A stretch of DNA of 64,000 bases, taken from assembly GCA_964426755.1 (NCBI GenBank), contig CAYRRR010000001.1, positions 58,946 to 122,945 of the forward strand, in the 5' to 3' direction. Origin of the DNA: an uncultured Candidatus Saccharibacteria bacterium. Its GTDB lineage: Bacteria > Patescibacteriota > Saccharimonadia > Saccharimonadales > JAGQNJ01. The notes beneath the pieces were generated by a model, which worked only from the letters and a program-made list of their open reading frames with translations, had not been told where the DNA came from and made no database searches. The position numbers and the translations under genes were made by a program. Positions 19,469 through 26,646 of this stretch are shown in pieces (position 1 is the stretch's first letter; the number at the start of each line of letters is the position of its first letter).

Positions 19469-21094
19469 ATGCAAGAAATATTGACCCAGCTGCAAAAGCA
19501 GTTGGAGGGTGAACTAAACCAAGAACAAAAAGTACTCAGTTATTATTCGACTGACGGCAGCATATATCGTATTCGTCCACAAGCTGCTCTGTTTCCGAAG
19601 AATACTAATGACGTAAGAAAGACAATGCAGATGCTTTGGAGCTTAGCGCGCCAAGGAACCTACTTACCATTAACGACGCGAGGAAAAGGAACCGACCAAG
19701 CTGGCGGTGCCTTAGGCAACGGTATTGTTATGGTAACGCCGGCTCATTTATATCATTTATTGCAAGTTACGTCCACGCGAGTCCGTGTTCAACCTGGTAC
19801 AATTTATGGTGACTTACAACAAATTCTGCAAATGCATGGTCGTTATTTACCGCCATACCCTTCAAGCTTTGCCTATTCTACAATTGGTGGTGCGGTGGCA
19901 AACAATGCTTGCGGAGAACATACCGTAAAATATGGTTCAACACGAGATTATGTTGAGTCACTTGATGTGGTGCTCGCTAACGGTGAGCATATTACAACTA
20001 AACGTTTGTCCAAACGTCAACTTAATCGCAAAAAGAAGCAGCGAAACTTCGAAGGTCAAATATATAGACAGCTTGATGAACTGCTAGAAGCAAACCGCTC
20101 GATTATACGACAGGCTGTTCCGGATGTTACAAAGAATTCAGCTGGTTATGACCTGTGGGACATTAAGGGCAAAGACGGTTCATTTGACTTGACGCCTTTA
20201 ATTGTTGGGTCACAAGGCACCTTGGGTGTTGTGACTGAAATATTGCTTAAAACAATGCCGGTTCATCCAGAAACAACGGTTATTAGGGTTAATTTTGATA
20301 ACTTAACACAAGCTGGTGCAGCTGCTGAAGCACTGCGCAGCTTGAGGCCAAGCGCGCTGGAGCTAGTAGACCATCATTTATTAGAGCATGTTCATGCGAC
20401 AAATCCTGGGCGCATCGCTGCGTTTGTTGGTGATAAAATTCCTGCAATTATGTTCTTGGTACAATTTGATGATAGACAGCGCTGGCGGCGCAATGCAAAA
20501 GTTAAAAAAGCTCTTAAGTTACTGCGTTCATACAGTAAAAACTTTGAAGTCGTGACAGATCCAATAAACGAGCAGCGATTATGGCGTATTCGCCGAAGCG
20601 CAGCAGCTGTAATCTGGCGAAGTAAAACTGCTGCCAAGGCTTTGCCGATTATTGAAGACGCTGCGGTGCCTGTTGGCAAGTTCGTGCCCTTTCTGCAGGC
20701 TGCTTATAAATTGTTTGACAAGCACAAAATTAAATTTGCTGTTTGGGGTCATGCTGGTGACGCAAATTTTCACATACAGCCATTCTTTGATTTAGCAAAA
20801 GCTGAAGAGCGGGACAAACTCTTTAAAATTGTCGATGAGTTCTATGCCATGGTTATCGAAATGGGTGGCACTACGGCCGGTGAACACAATGATGGCCGAC
20901 TCCGAGCGCCATTTTTACCGCAGCTGTATGGTCCCGAGGTGTACGAACTTTTCAAAAAGGTTAAAAATATTTTTGATCCGCATAATATTCTGAATCCGGG
21001 CGTTAAAATAGATGTTACCAAACAAGAAGCGATGAAACATGTTCGACGTGAATATTCAATGCCACAGCTAGATAGTAGCCCGTTGGAATCATGA
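19469..21094 (+). CDS. FAD-linked oxidase (GlcD / D-lactate dehydrogenase-like), paralog 2
   Basis: 541 aa and collinear with the upstream paralog over its full length. Shared blocks include RGKGTDQAGGALG, TKNSAGYD, FDLTPLIVGSQGTLG, WGHAGDANFH, GEHNDGRLRAP and NPGVKIDV. Confidence 0.85.
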   Translation: MQEILTQLQKQLEGELNQEQKVLSYYSTDGSIYRIRPQAALFPKNTNDVRKTMQMLWSLARQGTYLPLTTRGKGTDQAGGALGNGIVMVTPAHLYHLLQVTSTRVRVQPGTIYGDLQQILQMHGRYLPPYPSSFAYSTIGGAVANNACGEHTVKYGSTRDYVESLDVVLANGEHITTKRLSKRQLNRKKKQRNFEGQIYRQLDELLEANRSIIRQAVPDVTKNSAGYDLWDIKGKDGSFDLTPLIVGSQGTLGVVTEILLKTMPVHPETTVIRVNFDNLTQAGAAAEALRSLRPSALELVDHHLLEHVHATNPGRIAAFVGDKIPAIMFLVQFDDRQRWRRNAKVKKALKLLRSYSKNFEVVTDPINEQRLWRIRRSAAAVIWRSKTAAKALPIIEDAAVPVGKFVPFLQAAYKLFDKHKIKFAVWGHAGDANFHIQPFFDLAKAEERDKLFKIVDEFYAMVIEMGGTTAGEHNDGRLRAPFLPQLYGPEVYELFKKVKNIFDPHNILNPGVKIDVTKQEAMKHVRREYSMPQLDSSPLES

Positions 21095-21381
21095 CCATGG
21101 AATTTCTAGACTATCAAACACTAAAAATCGAGATCATTGGCTTGCTTGGTGCAATATTAATTTTGATAGGCTTTTATAGAACAAGTATAGGCAAGTGGCA
21201 AACAAATAGCTTTTGGTATGAACTTGATAATTTGATCGGGTCTTTGTTATTGGCCGTGTATCATGTTTTAAACAAAACATATGTCGCGTTAATACTGAAT
21301 GTGGTATGGTCAGTCGTAGCCTTTAAGGGTATTACAGCCTATCGAGAGCGTAGAAAAGTTAGTAAGCGTGTGAAGCGCTAG
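21091..21381 (+). CDS. small membrane protein (96 aa)
   Basis: ATGA start/stop overlap with the preceding gene. Three hydrophobic helices. No family recognised. Confidence 0.5.
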   Translation: MTMEFLDYQTLKIEIIGLLGAILILIGFYRTSIGKWQTNSFWYELDNLIGSLLLAVYHVLNKTYVALILNVVWSVVAFKGITAYRERRKVSKRVKR

Positions 21382-21432
21382 AGTTGTTCAAAAAGGCAAA
21401 AGATTATAAAATACTTTTTGCGTATCTTGCAC

Positions 21433-21519
21433 GCGGACGTGGCGGAATTGGTAGACGCGCTGGCTTGAGGGGCCAGTGGGAGCAATCCTGTGAAGGTTCA
21501 AGTCCTTTCGTCCGCACCA
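21433..21519 (+). tRNA. tRNA-Leu (anticodon GAG), type II with long variable arm, CCA encoded
   Basis: Hand fold: acceptor GCGGACG/CGTCCGC. Anticodon stem CTGGC/GCCAG with loop TTGAGGG. T arm GAAGG-TTCAAGT-CCTTT. Discriminator A followed by CCA. Confidence 0.92.
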
Positions 21520-21556
21520 TTGATTGAGTTTCTTCCGAAATAATTAGGAGTTTTGC

Positions 21557-22273
21557 GTGAATGATGAAATAGAACAAAGTCCCTCGTTTGAGCATAGAAA
21601 GCCCGATCCATTAGCAGAAGAGCAATATAAAGATTTCTTTGTCGAGCGGTTAACGCTAGAGGTAGATGATGTTACTGCTTCGTATAGCGTTTATGTATTT
21701 ACGCCTGACGATGAAATGCCTGAAGAAATAGCAGCTTGGCTTCATTATCGCACGATGACAGAGCCGGTGGTCGCAGCTGAGAATGACGGTGATTTTACGC
21801 GATTTAAAAGTACCGAGTATATAAAAGAGCGTTTCTTGCAGGACAAAGGCGGACGCACACTTTACGTTGCTGTAGATGAGGAAAGCGGGTCTATAGATGG
21901 TATTGCGTGGCTTCATCCTCTTCACAACAACCAAGTAGATTACTTGTTGGTGCAAGCTGGCCGCAAGGCACTTGATGATGAAACAATCCTACCTAATGAG
22001 CTCGCAACTATTGCCACTCGAGAATATGGTAGGGCGGTGCGCAAGGATATGTCATTACGGCTTGGCGCGCTTTCAATTGATAAATGTTTCGCAAGCAATG
22101 AAACAACACGAGGGGTTGTCGGTATATTTGGCGATGGCGATAACATAGCATTAGAACTTATAAATTCTGGTAAATTACCACAAGGTACGTCTATGCGAAC
22201 TATTGAAAATGGGCTTGGCTGGGTGATATTGATGGCAATGCGAGACAGGGGCGATGAAGTAACGTATACGTAA
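21557..22273 (+). CDS. hypothetical protein (238 aa; weak GNAT-like beta-strand pattern)
   Basis: Long ORF between two tRNA genes. LYVAVDEESGSIDGIAWL resembles the GNAT beta4 strand, but no clear acetyl-CoA motif was seen. Confidence 0.5.
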   Translation: MNDEIEQSPSFEHRKPDPLAEEQYKDFFVERLTLEVDDVTASYSVYVFTPDDEMPEEIAAWLHYRTMTEPVVAAENDGDFTRFKSTEYIKERFLQDKGGRTLYVAVDEESGSIDGIAWLHPLHNNQVDYLLVQAGRKALDDETILPNELATIATREYGRAVRKDMSLRLGALSIDKCFASNETTRGVVGIFGDGDNIALELINSGKLPQGTSMRTIENGLGWVILMAMRDRGDEVTYT

Positions 22274-22319
22274 TGTTGAAAAACAGATAAGAGTACCGTA
22301 TAATATCTCAGTCTCATAG

Positions 22320-22396
22320 GGGCGCTTAGCTCAGCTGGCTAGAGCACTTCGTTTACACCGAAGGGGTCGGGGGTTCGAGTCCCTCAGCGCCCACCA
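22320..22396 (+). tRNA. tRNA-Val (anticodon TAC), CCA encoded
   Basis: Acceptor GGGCGCT/AGCGCCC. Anticodon stem CTTCG/CGAAG with loop TTTACAC. T arm GGGGG-TTCGAGT-CCCTC. TATAAT box at 22299-22304. Confidence 0.93.
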
Positions 22397-22406
22397 TACA
22401 AATAGT

Positions 22407-22429
22407 CCATCCGAAAGGATGGGTTTTTT
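22407..22429 (+). terminator. rho-independent terminator after tRNA-Val
   Basis: CCATCC-GAAA-GGATGG hairpin followed by G and T6. The outer TACAAA/TTTGTA pairing extends the stem. Confidence 0.7.
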
Positions 22430-22560
22430 GTATGGGTATTGTCTAGGCTTAGCCTATGATCCCCCGGGTCGGGGTGAGAGCTGCCTGTGGCAGTTTGCAA
22501 GGAAGTCTTCTCTTGAAAGCTTGCTTTCAAAGATGAAGTTTCGGGCCTGTCGAATCTAGG

Positions 22561-22582
22561 TCGAGTCCCTCAGTGTCTACTA
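22561..22582 (+). repeat. decayed direct copy of the tRNA-Val 3' end (T-loop to CCA)
   Basis: TCGAGTCCCTCAGTGTCTACTA versus tRNA TCGAGTCCCTCAGCGCCCACCA. The first 13 nt are identical and the remaining 9 nt differ only by four C-to-T transitions. Confidence 0.7.
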
Positions 22583-22672
22583 TAAAGTACCGATCATTGT
22601 TAACCGGTTTTTAAGTACAAAATTTTAAAATTTATAATTCTCGACTATACTCGTAATTATAAATAAAGGAGT

Positions 22673-23413
22673 GTGACCATGTGGGTTTTAATTATCATCA
22701 TTGTATTTATACTGATTACGGGTATTCGGATTATAAATCAATATGAACGAGGTGTAATATTAACACTTGGAAAGTACACTGGTACCAGAAGTCCTGGGTT
22801 GAACATTATTATTCCTATCATTCAAGTGATGAAAAAGGTTGATGTGCGCTCGACACCTGTTGATGTGCCAAAACAAGAAGTAATCACTAAAGATAACGTC
22901 ACTATCGGTGTGGATGCGGTGGTGTATTTTAGAGTCATTTCAGCTGAAAAAGCAGTACTAGAAACAACCAACTATACTTATGCTACTGCTCAATTTGCCC
23001 AGGCTGCGCTTAGAGACGTTGTAGGCAACGTTGAGCTGGATGAGCTCTTAAGTAAGCGTGACGAAATAAGCCAGCAAATTAAAAAAGTGGTAGATAGTGA
23101 GACCGATAAATGGGGTATTGATGTCGAGAACGTAAAAATTCAGAATATTGAGCTACCGCAAGATATGAAACGAGCAATGGCCAAACAGGCTGAGGCCGAA
23201 AGAGAGCGACGAGCGGTTATCATTACGGCTGAAGGTGAAAAGGCGGCAGCTCAACAGGTGGCTGAAGCAGCACAGATGCTTAGCAAGGTTAAGGGCGGTG
23301 TTTCAATCAGGACCCTGCAAACGCTAGAGAAAATATCGGTAGAGCCGTCACAAAAAAGTGTGTTTGTGCTACCGGTTGAGTTATTAGAAAATCTTCAAAA
23401 ACTTACGAAATAA
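22673..23413 (+). CDS. SPFH/band-7 (stomatin/slipin-like) membrane protein
   Basis: 246 aa. N-terminal TM helix, then SPFH blocks (RIINQYERGVILTLGKY, QEVITKDNVTIGVDAVVYFRV) and an ERERRA coiled-coil region. AAAGGAG SD upstream. Confidence 0.9.
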   Translation: MTMWVLIIIIVFILITGIRIINQYERGVILTLGKYTGTRSPGLNIIIPIIQVMKKVDVRSTPVDVPKQEVITKDNVTIGVDAVVYFRVISAEKAVLETTNYTYATAQFAQAALRDVVGNVELDELLSKRDEISQQIKKVVDSETDKWGIDVENVKIQNIELPQDMKRAMAKQAEAERERRAVIITAEGEKAAAQQVAEAAQMLSKVKGGVSIRTLQTLEKISVEPSQKSVFVLPVELLENLQKLTK

Positions 23414-23464
23414 CTTGTTAAAAAGTTTACAAGCGAAGCTTAAAAGCAGGCTTATAATTTTATT

Positions 23465-23824
23465 ATGGCAGGTGAAGAGTATATTCGGGTTGCAGCAAGT
23501 AATCTGCAGCGGGCAGCAGTTGCTAAGCAAAATGAAGCTAACGAAATTCGAGTTCAAATTGGCAGACTGGAAGAAGAGCGTCATAAAAAAGTCCAAGATA
23601 TTGAGTCAGAGGTCAATCGCAACAATGCAATCTCGTCAAACCCAAATGTTGATGATGAACGGCGTGCACTTGCAGCACGACAGAGCATTAAATTAGAAAG
23701 CGATCGCTCGAACCTTGAGAATGATATTGCTCACCGGCGGTCGCAATTAGAGCAAAAATTGAGAGAGATTGAAGACCAAGCTCGTGACTGGCAAGATAAA
23801 GTCAGTGAGCTTACTAATCTGTAG
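23465..23824 (+). CDS. coiled-coil protein (119 aa), unknown function
   Basis: Sequence is highly charged and heptad-like throughout (RVQIGRLEEERHKKVQDIESEV...LEQKLREIEDQARDWQDKV). It follows the SPFH gene. Confidence 0.55.
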   Translation: MAGEEYIRVAASNLQRAAVAKQNEANEIRVQIGRLEEERHKKVQDIESEVNRNNAISSNPNVDDERRALAARQSIKLESDRSNLENDIAHRRSQLEQKLREIEDQARDWQDKVSELTNL

Positions 23825-24000
23825 TAATTGTAATTTCACCCCTGATCCGCTATTATAAGTTTGCCTTATTCTTAATTTAGGGGTCCCCAACTTGAGGGGA
23901 TTCAAGTTGGGAAAAGGTACTGACTATATTTGTTGTATTGTGGTTTTTTGGAAGCTTTGCTTTCAAAAAGCTTCGATATCAAATATTTACGCAGTGATGT

Positions 24001-24076
24001 GGCGCTTTAGCTCAGTTGGTAGAGCAGAGGCCTGAAGAGCCTTGTGTCCCCAGTTCGAGTCTGGGAGGCGCCACCA
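24001..24076 (+). tRNA. tRNA-Phe (anticodon GAA), CCA encoded
   Basis: Acceptor GGCGCTT/AGGCGCC. Anticodon stem GAGGC/GCCTT with loop CTGAAGA. T arm CCCAG-TTCGAGT-CTGGG. Confidence 0.95.
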
Positions 24077-24221
24077 TAAATATTTTGTAACCTTTCGGCT
24101 AGAAAATATTTATCATGTTCACCAAGCGCGAACTGGATAGCTACGAAGCAGCCAGTTCGTTCGTAAGAAACTATCGCAGGAGCTTGCTCCGAGAAAGTTT
24201 AGAAGCGTGCCGAAGGCAGCC

Positions 24222-24237
24222 CTGGAAGGCGCCACCA
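24222..24237 (+). repeat. direct copy of the tRNA-Phe 3' end
   Basis: CTGGAAGGCGCCACCA versus tRNA CTGGGAGGCGCCACCA, 15 of 16 identical. It ends 161 nt after the tRNA 3' end. Confidence 0.75.
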
Positions 24238-24271
24238 GTTTAAAAAAATAAGGGCGGGATGCCCTTTTATT

Positions 24272-25666
24272 ATGTCTGAAATTGAGCAACTACGACCAAG
24301 AATAGTCGGTACTGAGCTTGAGTTTGGGGTAGCGTTCGAGTTAAGAGGCGGCTATCGTCATCTAACTTCACCGTACAAACTTTTACTGAATAATATACCG
24401 ACAAATGTTATATCACATCGTAATAATCCAACCTCCAATGATTATTTTTTAGAAAATGGTGGTCGTTATTATCTGGATATGAGACATCATTGGGAGTATG
24501 CGACTCCAGAATGTGCTACTTTTGCTGACGCTGTTACGTATGACATTGCGGGTGAAGATTTTATTTGCGACCATTTTAGCTCACCGCTTGCTCAAGAAAT
24601 TTTCGAAAATGCTGGTATATTTAAGAAAGTTTCTGATCATAGTGAAGGTCAGACGCAGACTGCTGGAGCGCACGAGAACTATCACACGGATAGAATTAAT
24701 CTTGGATTTGAATATAACAGGAAAAAAAGTCTTTTTGTAGCTGGTCTTGCATCTCATCTAATAACTCGCTCGGTTTTTACTGGTGCTGGTTCAGTAGATG
24801 CCGATGGGGTGTTTCATAAAACTCAAAAGTTGCGCACCCTCACACGAACACAAAGCGGAAGCACCACCAGCGACAAGCCCATAGTTAACACACGTATTGA
24901 GTCTCTGGCAGAAGGGGAGCATGAGCGCGTGCATATAATCAGCGGGGATCCAAACATTTCACCGTGGGCTGGATGGATGAAGCTTGGCACCACTAGCCTT
25001 GTTCTGCGATTACTGGAGCATAGTTCATTTCCCATAGAAGCAGTTATTGCTAATGAGCGCATGGTAGAAGCGGCTGTCGCAATAGGCAGTACTGCTGCGC
25101 TTGACACATTGGTTGTCATTGAAGGTGGAAAAAGCGCCACGGCATTAGATGTTCAAGAAATAGTATTTGATGCTGCAGAAGAGCTAGGCAGAAAATATGA
25201 GTTACCACCTGAGGAGTACGCAGTTTTGGGCGAATGGGAAGCCGTAATACAAGATTTACGTCAAGACCCAGAGAGGTGCATGGACAGAATCGATTGGCTT
25301 TCTTGCCGTTACGTTATCGAAAGTGCCGTTAATGCAGAAGAAAGAAAAAAACGAGACCTCGGGTACACTATGCTATACCCCGGTGGTGGTTTTGGACTTA
25401 AACTGAGGGATCGTAGCAGATTTAAGATGACACCTACCAGGGAAGAGATTGTTCGCGCACGAACCACTCCGCCTGCTGACACTCGGGCTGTGCTAAGAGG
25501 AGAGGCTATACGCCAATTTAAAATGAATAATGTAAATGGAGTAATCGGCTGGGATTTTGCGCGTAACGACACTAAGCCTAAAAAAATTGCCAGAATTATG
25601 TTTAATGACCCTTATGACCATGATGTCAGTAGGCTAAATAAGTGGCTTAAGGCTACTCTTAGCTAA
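24272..25666 (+). CDS. Pup ligase / Pup deamidase family protein (PafA/Dop-like carboxylate-amine ligase)
   Basis: 464 aa with family blocks in canonical order: RIVGTELEFG, ENGGRYYLDMRHHWEYATPEC, GAHENY, PIVNTR, RVHIISGDPNIS, MKLGTTSLVLRLLE, ATALDVQ, IDWL and TPPADTRAVLRGEAI. No SD seen. Confidence 0.82.
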   Translation: MSEIEQLRPRIVGTELEFGVAFELRGGYRHLTSPYKLLLNNIPTNVISHRNNPTSNDYFLENGGRYYLDMRHHWEYATPECATFADAVTYDIAGEDFICDHFSSPLAQEIFENAGIFKKVSDHSEGQTQTAGAHENYHTDRINLGFEYNRKKSLFVAGLASHLITRSVFTGAGSVDADGVFHKTQKLRTLTRTQSGSTTSDKPIVNTRIESLAEGEHERVHIISGDPNISPWAGWMKLGTTSLVLRLLEHSSFPIEAVIANERMVEAAVAIGSTAALDTLVVIEGGKSATALDVQEIVFDAAEELGRKYELPPEEYAVLGEWEAVIQDLRQDPERCMDRIDWLSCRYVIESAVNAEERKKRDLGYTMLYPGGGFGLKLRDRSRFKMTPTREEIVRARTTPPADTRAVLRGEAIRQFKMNNVNGVIGWDFARNDTKPKKIARIMFNDPYDHDVSRLNKWLKATLS

Positions 25667-25714
25667 TGAAACTTGAGATATAATGTGAAATAACGTATAA
25701 TTTTCCTCTGTTAT

Positions 25715-25790
25715 GCGGGTGTAGCTCAGTTGATAGAGCGCTTCCTTGCCAAGGAAGAGGCCACGAGTTTGAGTCTCGTCACCCGCACCA
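25715..25790 (+). tRNA. tRNA-Gly (anticodon GCC), CCA encoded
   Basis: Acceptor GCGGGTG/CACCCGC. Anticodon stem CTTCC/GGAAG with loop TTGCCAA. T arm ACGAG-TTTGAGT-CTCGT. TATAAT box at 25696-25701. Confidence 0.95.
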
Positions 25791-25819
25791 AACACATTTT
25801 AGAAAATGACCTCAATAAA

Positions 25820-25843
25820 ACGTCGAGCAAATCGGCGTTTTTT
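25820..25843 (+). terminator. rho-independent terminator after tRNA-Gly
   Basis: ACGTCGA-GCAAA-TCGGCGT hairpin (one G-U pair) followed by T5. Confidence 0.6.
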
Positions 25844-25892
25844 GCTTATACCCAAACTAGGACTCTAACTTCACCTCTGTTATCATATTGTT

Positions 25893-26615
25893 ATGGACAT
25901 TAACCACAAAATTGCCGCAATTAAACAAAAACCTGCTGAATGTATGCAGACTTCGGCAACACAATTACTGTCATTTTTCGACCCTACTATTAAAGTGGAT
26001 GATGTCATTAATGAAGTACCAGTATATGTTGAAAATGGTGAAAAAATAGGCACATCACCAGGCCATTTAGCCACTTACTTTGTTCAAAAAGGCTATAAGA
26101 CGACGGTTTACATATTCGATGTCGAACTATTCGATTTAAGTTGGGAAATGACTAGCGGAAGTGAAATTATTGAATTATTAAAGCAGAGACAAAAATATAT
26201 TCCTGCTAATTCGTGGCTCGCAAAATATCACCATATACTTGTCGACGGATGGGAGTTATTTGTCAAAGCGGGTGGCAGCTTTGCTCAACCCCCTCTCACG
26301 GCGCAGTTAATTAAAGATTTGCTTATAAAAAGTCCAATCTTAGTTATGGTTAACTCCACATACCTTAATCATCAATCAAAACAGCAATACGATAAAAAGA
26401 AAGATAAATTTGAGGACGACGCGATTAAAGGCCGCTCGCTAACTCATGGGGTTACATGCACGGGATATAAAGATGGTAGATTTTTGATTGTTGACCCCGA
26501 CCCACCTGAGGGGCGAGAACAGCACCGCTGGATACAGTCAGACCACCTGATTGCTTCTATAATGGCCGCACAAACCGAATCTGATAACCTGCTGATGGTC
26601 ATAGAGCAAGAATAA
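25893..26615 (+). CDS. putative papain-fold / peptidase C39-like cysteine peptidase
   Basis: 240 aa. Q-x5-C pattern near the N-terminus (KQKPAECMQTSATQLL). Candidate His and Asp later in the protein (SLTHGVTCTGY, LIVDPD). The call is based on motifs only. Confidence 0.45.
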   Translation: MDINHKIAAIKQKPAECMQTSATQLLSFFDPTIKVDDVINEVPVYVENGEKIGTSPGHLATYFVQKGYKTTVYIFDVELFDLSWEMTSGSEIIELLKQRQKYIPANSWLAKYHHILVDGWELFVKAGGSFAQPPLTAQLIKDLLIKSPILVMVNSTYLNHQSKQQYDKKKDKFEDDAIKGRSLTHGVTCTGYKDGRFLIVDPDPPEGREQHRWIQSDHLIASIMAAQTESDNLLMVIEQE

Positions 26616-26646
26616 CTCTCACCAACTTTCTTGGTATGATGTAAAT

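Noticed and set aside
21404-21595. 63-aa minus-strand ORF from the ORF track
   Set aside because: It lies antisense across tRNA-Leu(GAG) at 21433-21519. The open frame is a by-product of the tRNA sequence.
22430-22582. Possibility that the tRNA-tail units are tmRNA (ssrA) or tRNA pseudogenes
   Set aside because: No 5' strand is able to pair with the repeated acceptor 3' strand. There is no G-U containing Ala-like acceptor, no tag-peptide reading frame, and the units are far shorter than tmRNA. Only the 3' ~16-22 nt of each tRNA is copied, which is not a full pseudogene.
23465-23824. 119-aa coiled-coil protein considered as a Pup/UBact analogue
   Set aside because: It is about twice the size of Pup and ends in ..SELTNL without a terminal Gln or Glu. 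It is separated from the ligase gene by a tRNA gene and hairpins, and is more simply paired with the upstream SPFH gene.
24115-24240. 41-aa ORF (MFTKRELDSYEAASSFVRNYRRSLLRESLEACRRQPWKAPPV) inside the tRNA-Phe tail unit, considered as a Pup-like tag for the adjacent ligase
   Set aside because: It has no SD. Its C-terminus is ..APPV rather than GGQ, GGE or a terminal Gln/Glu. The frame runs through the tRNA 3'-end repeat and is most likely fortuitous.
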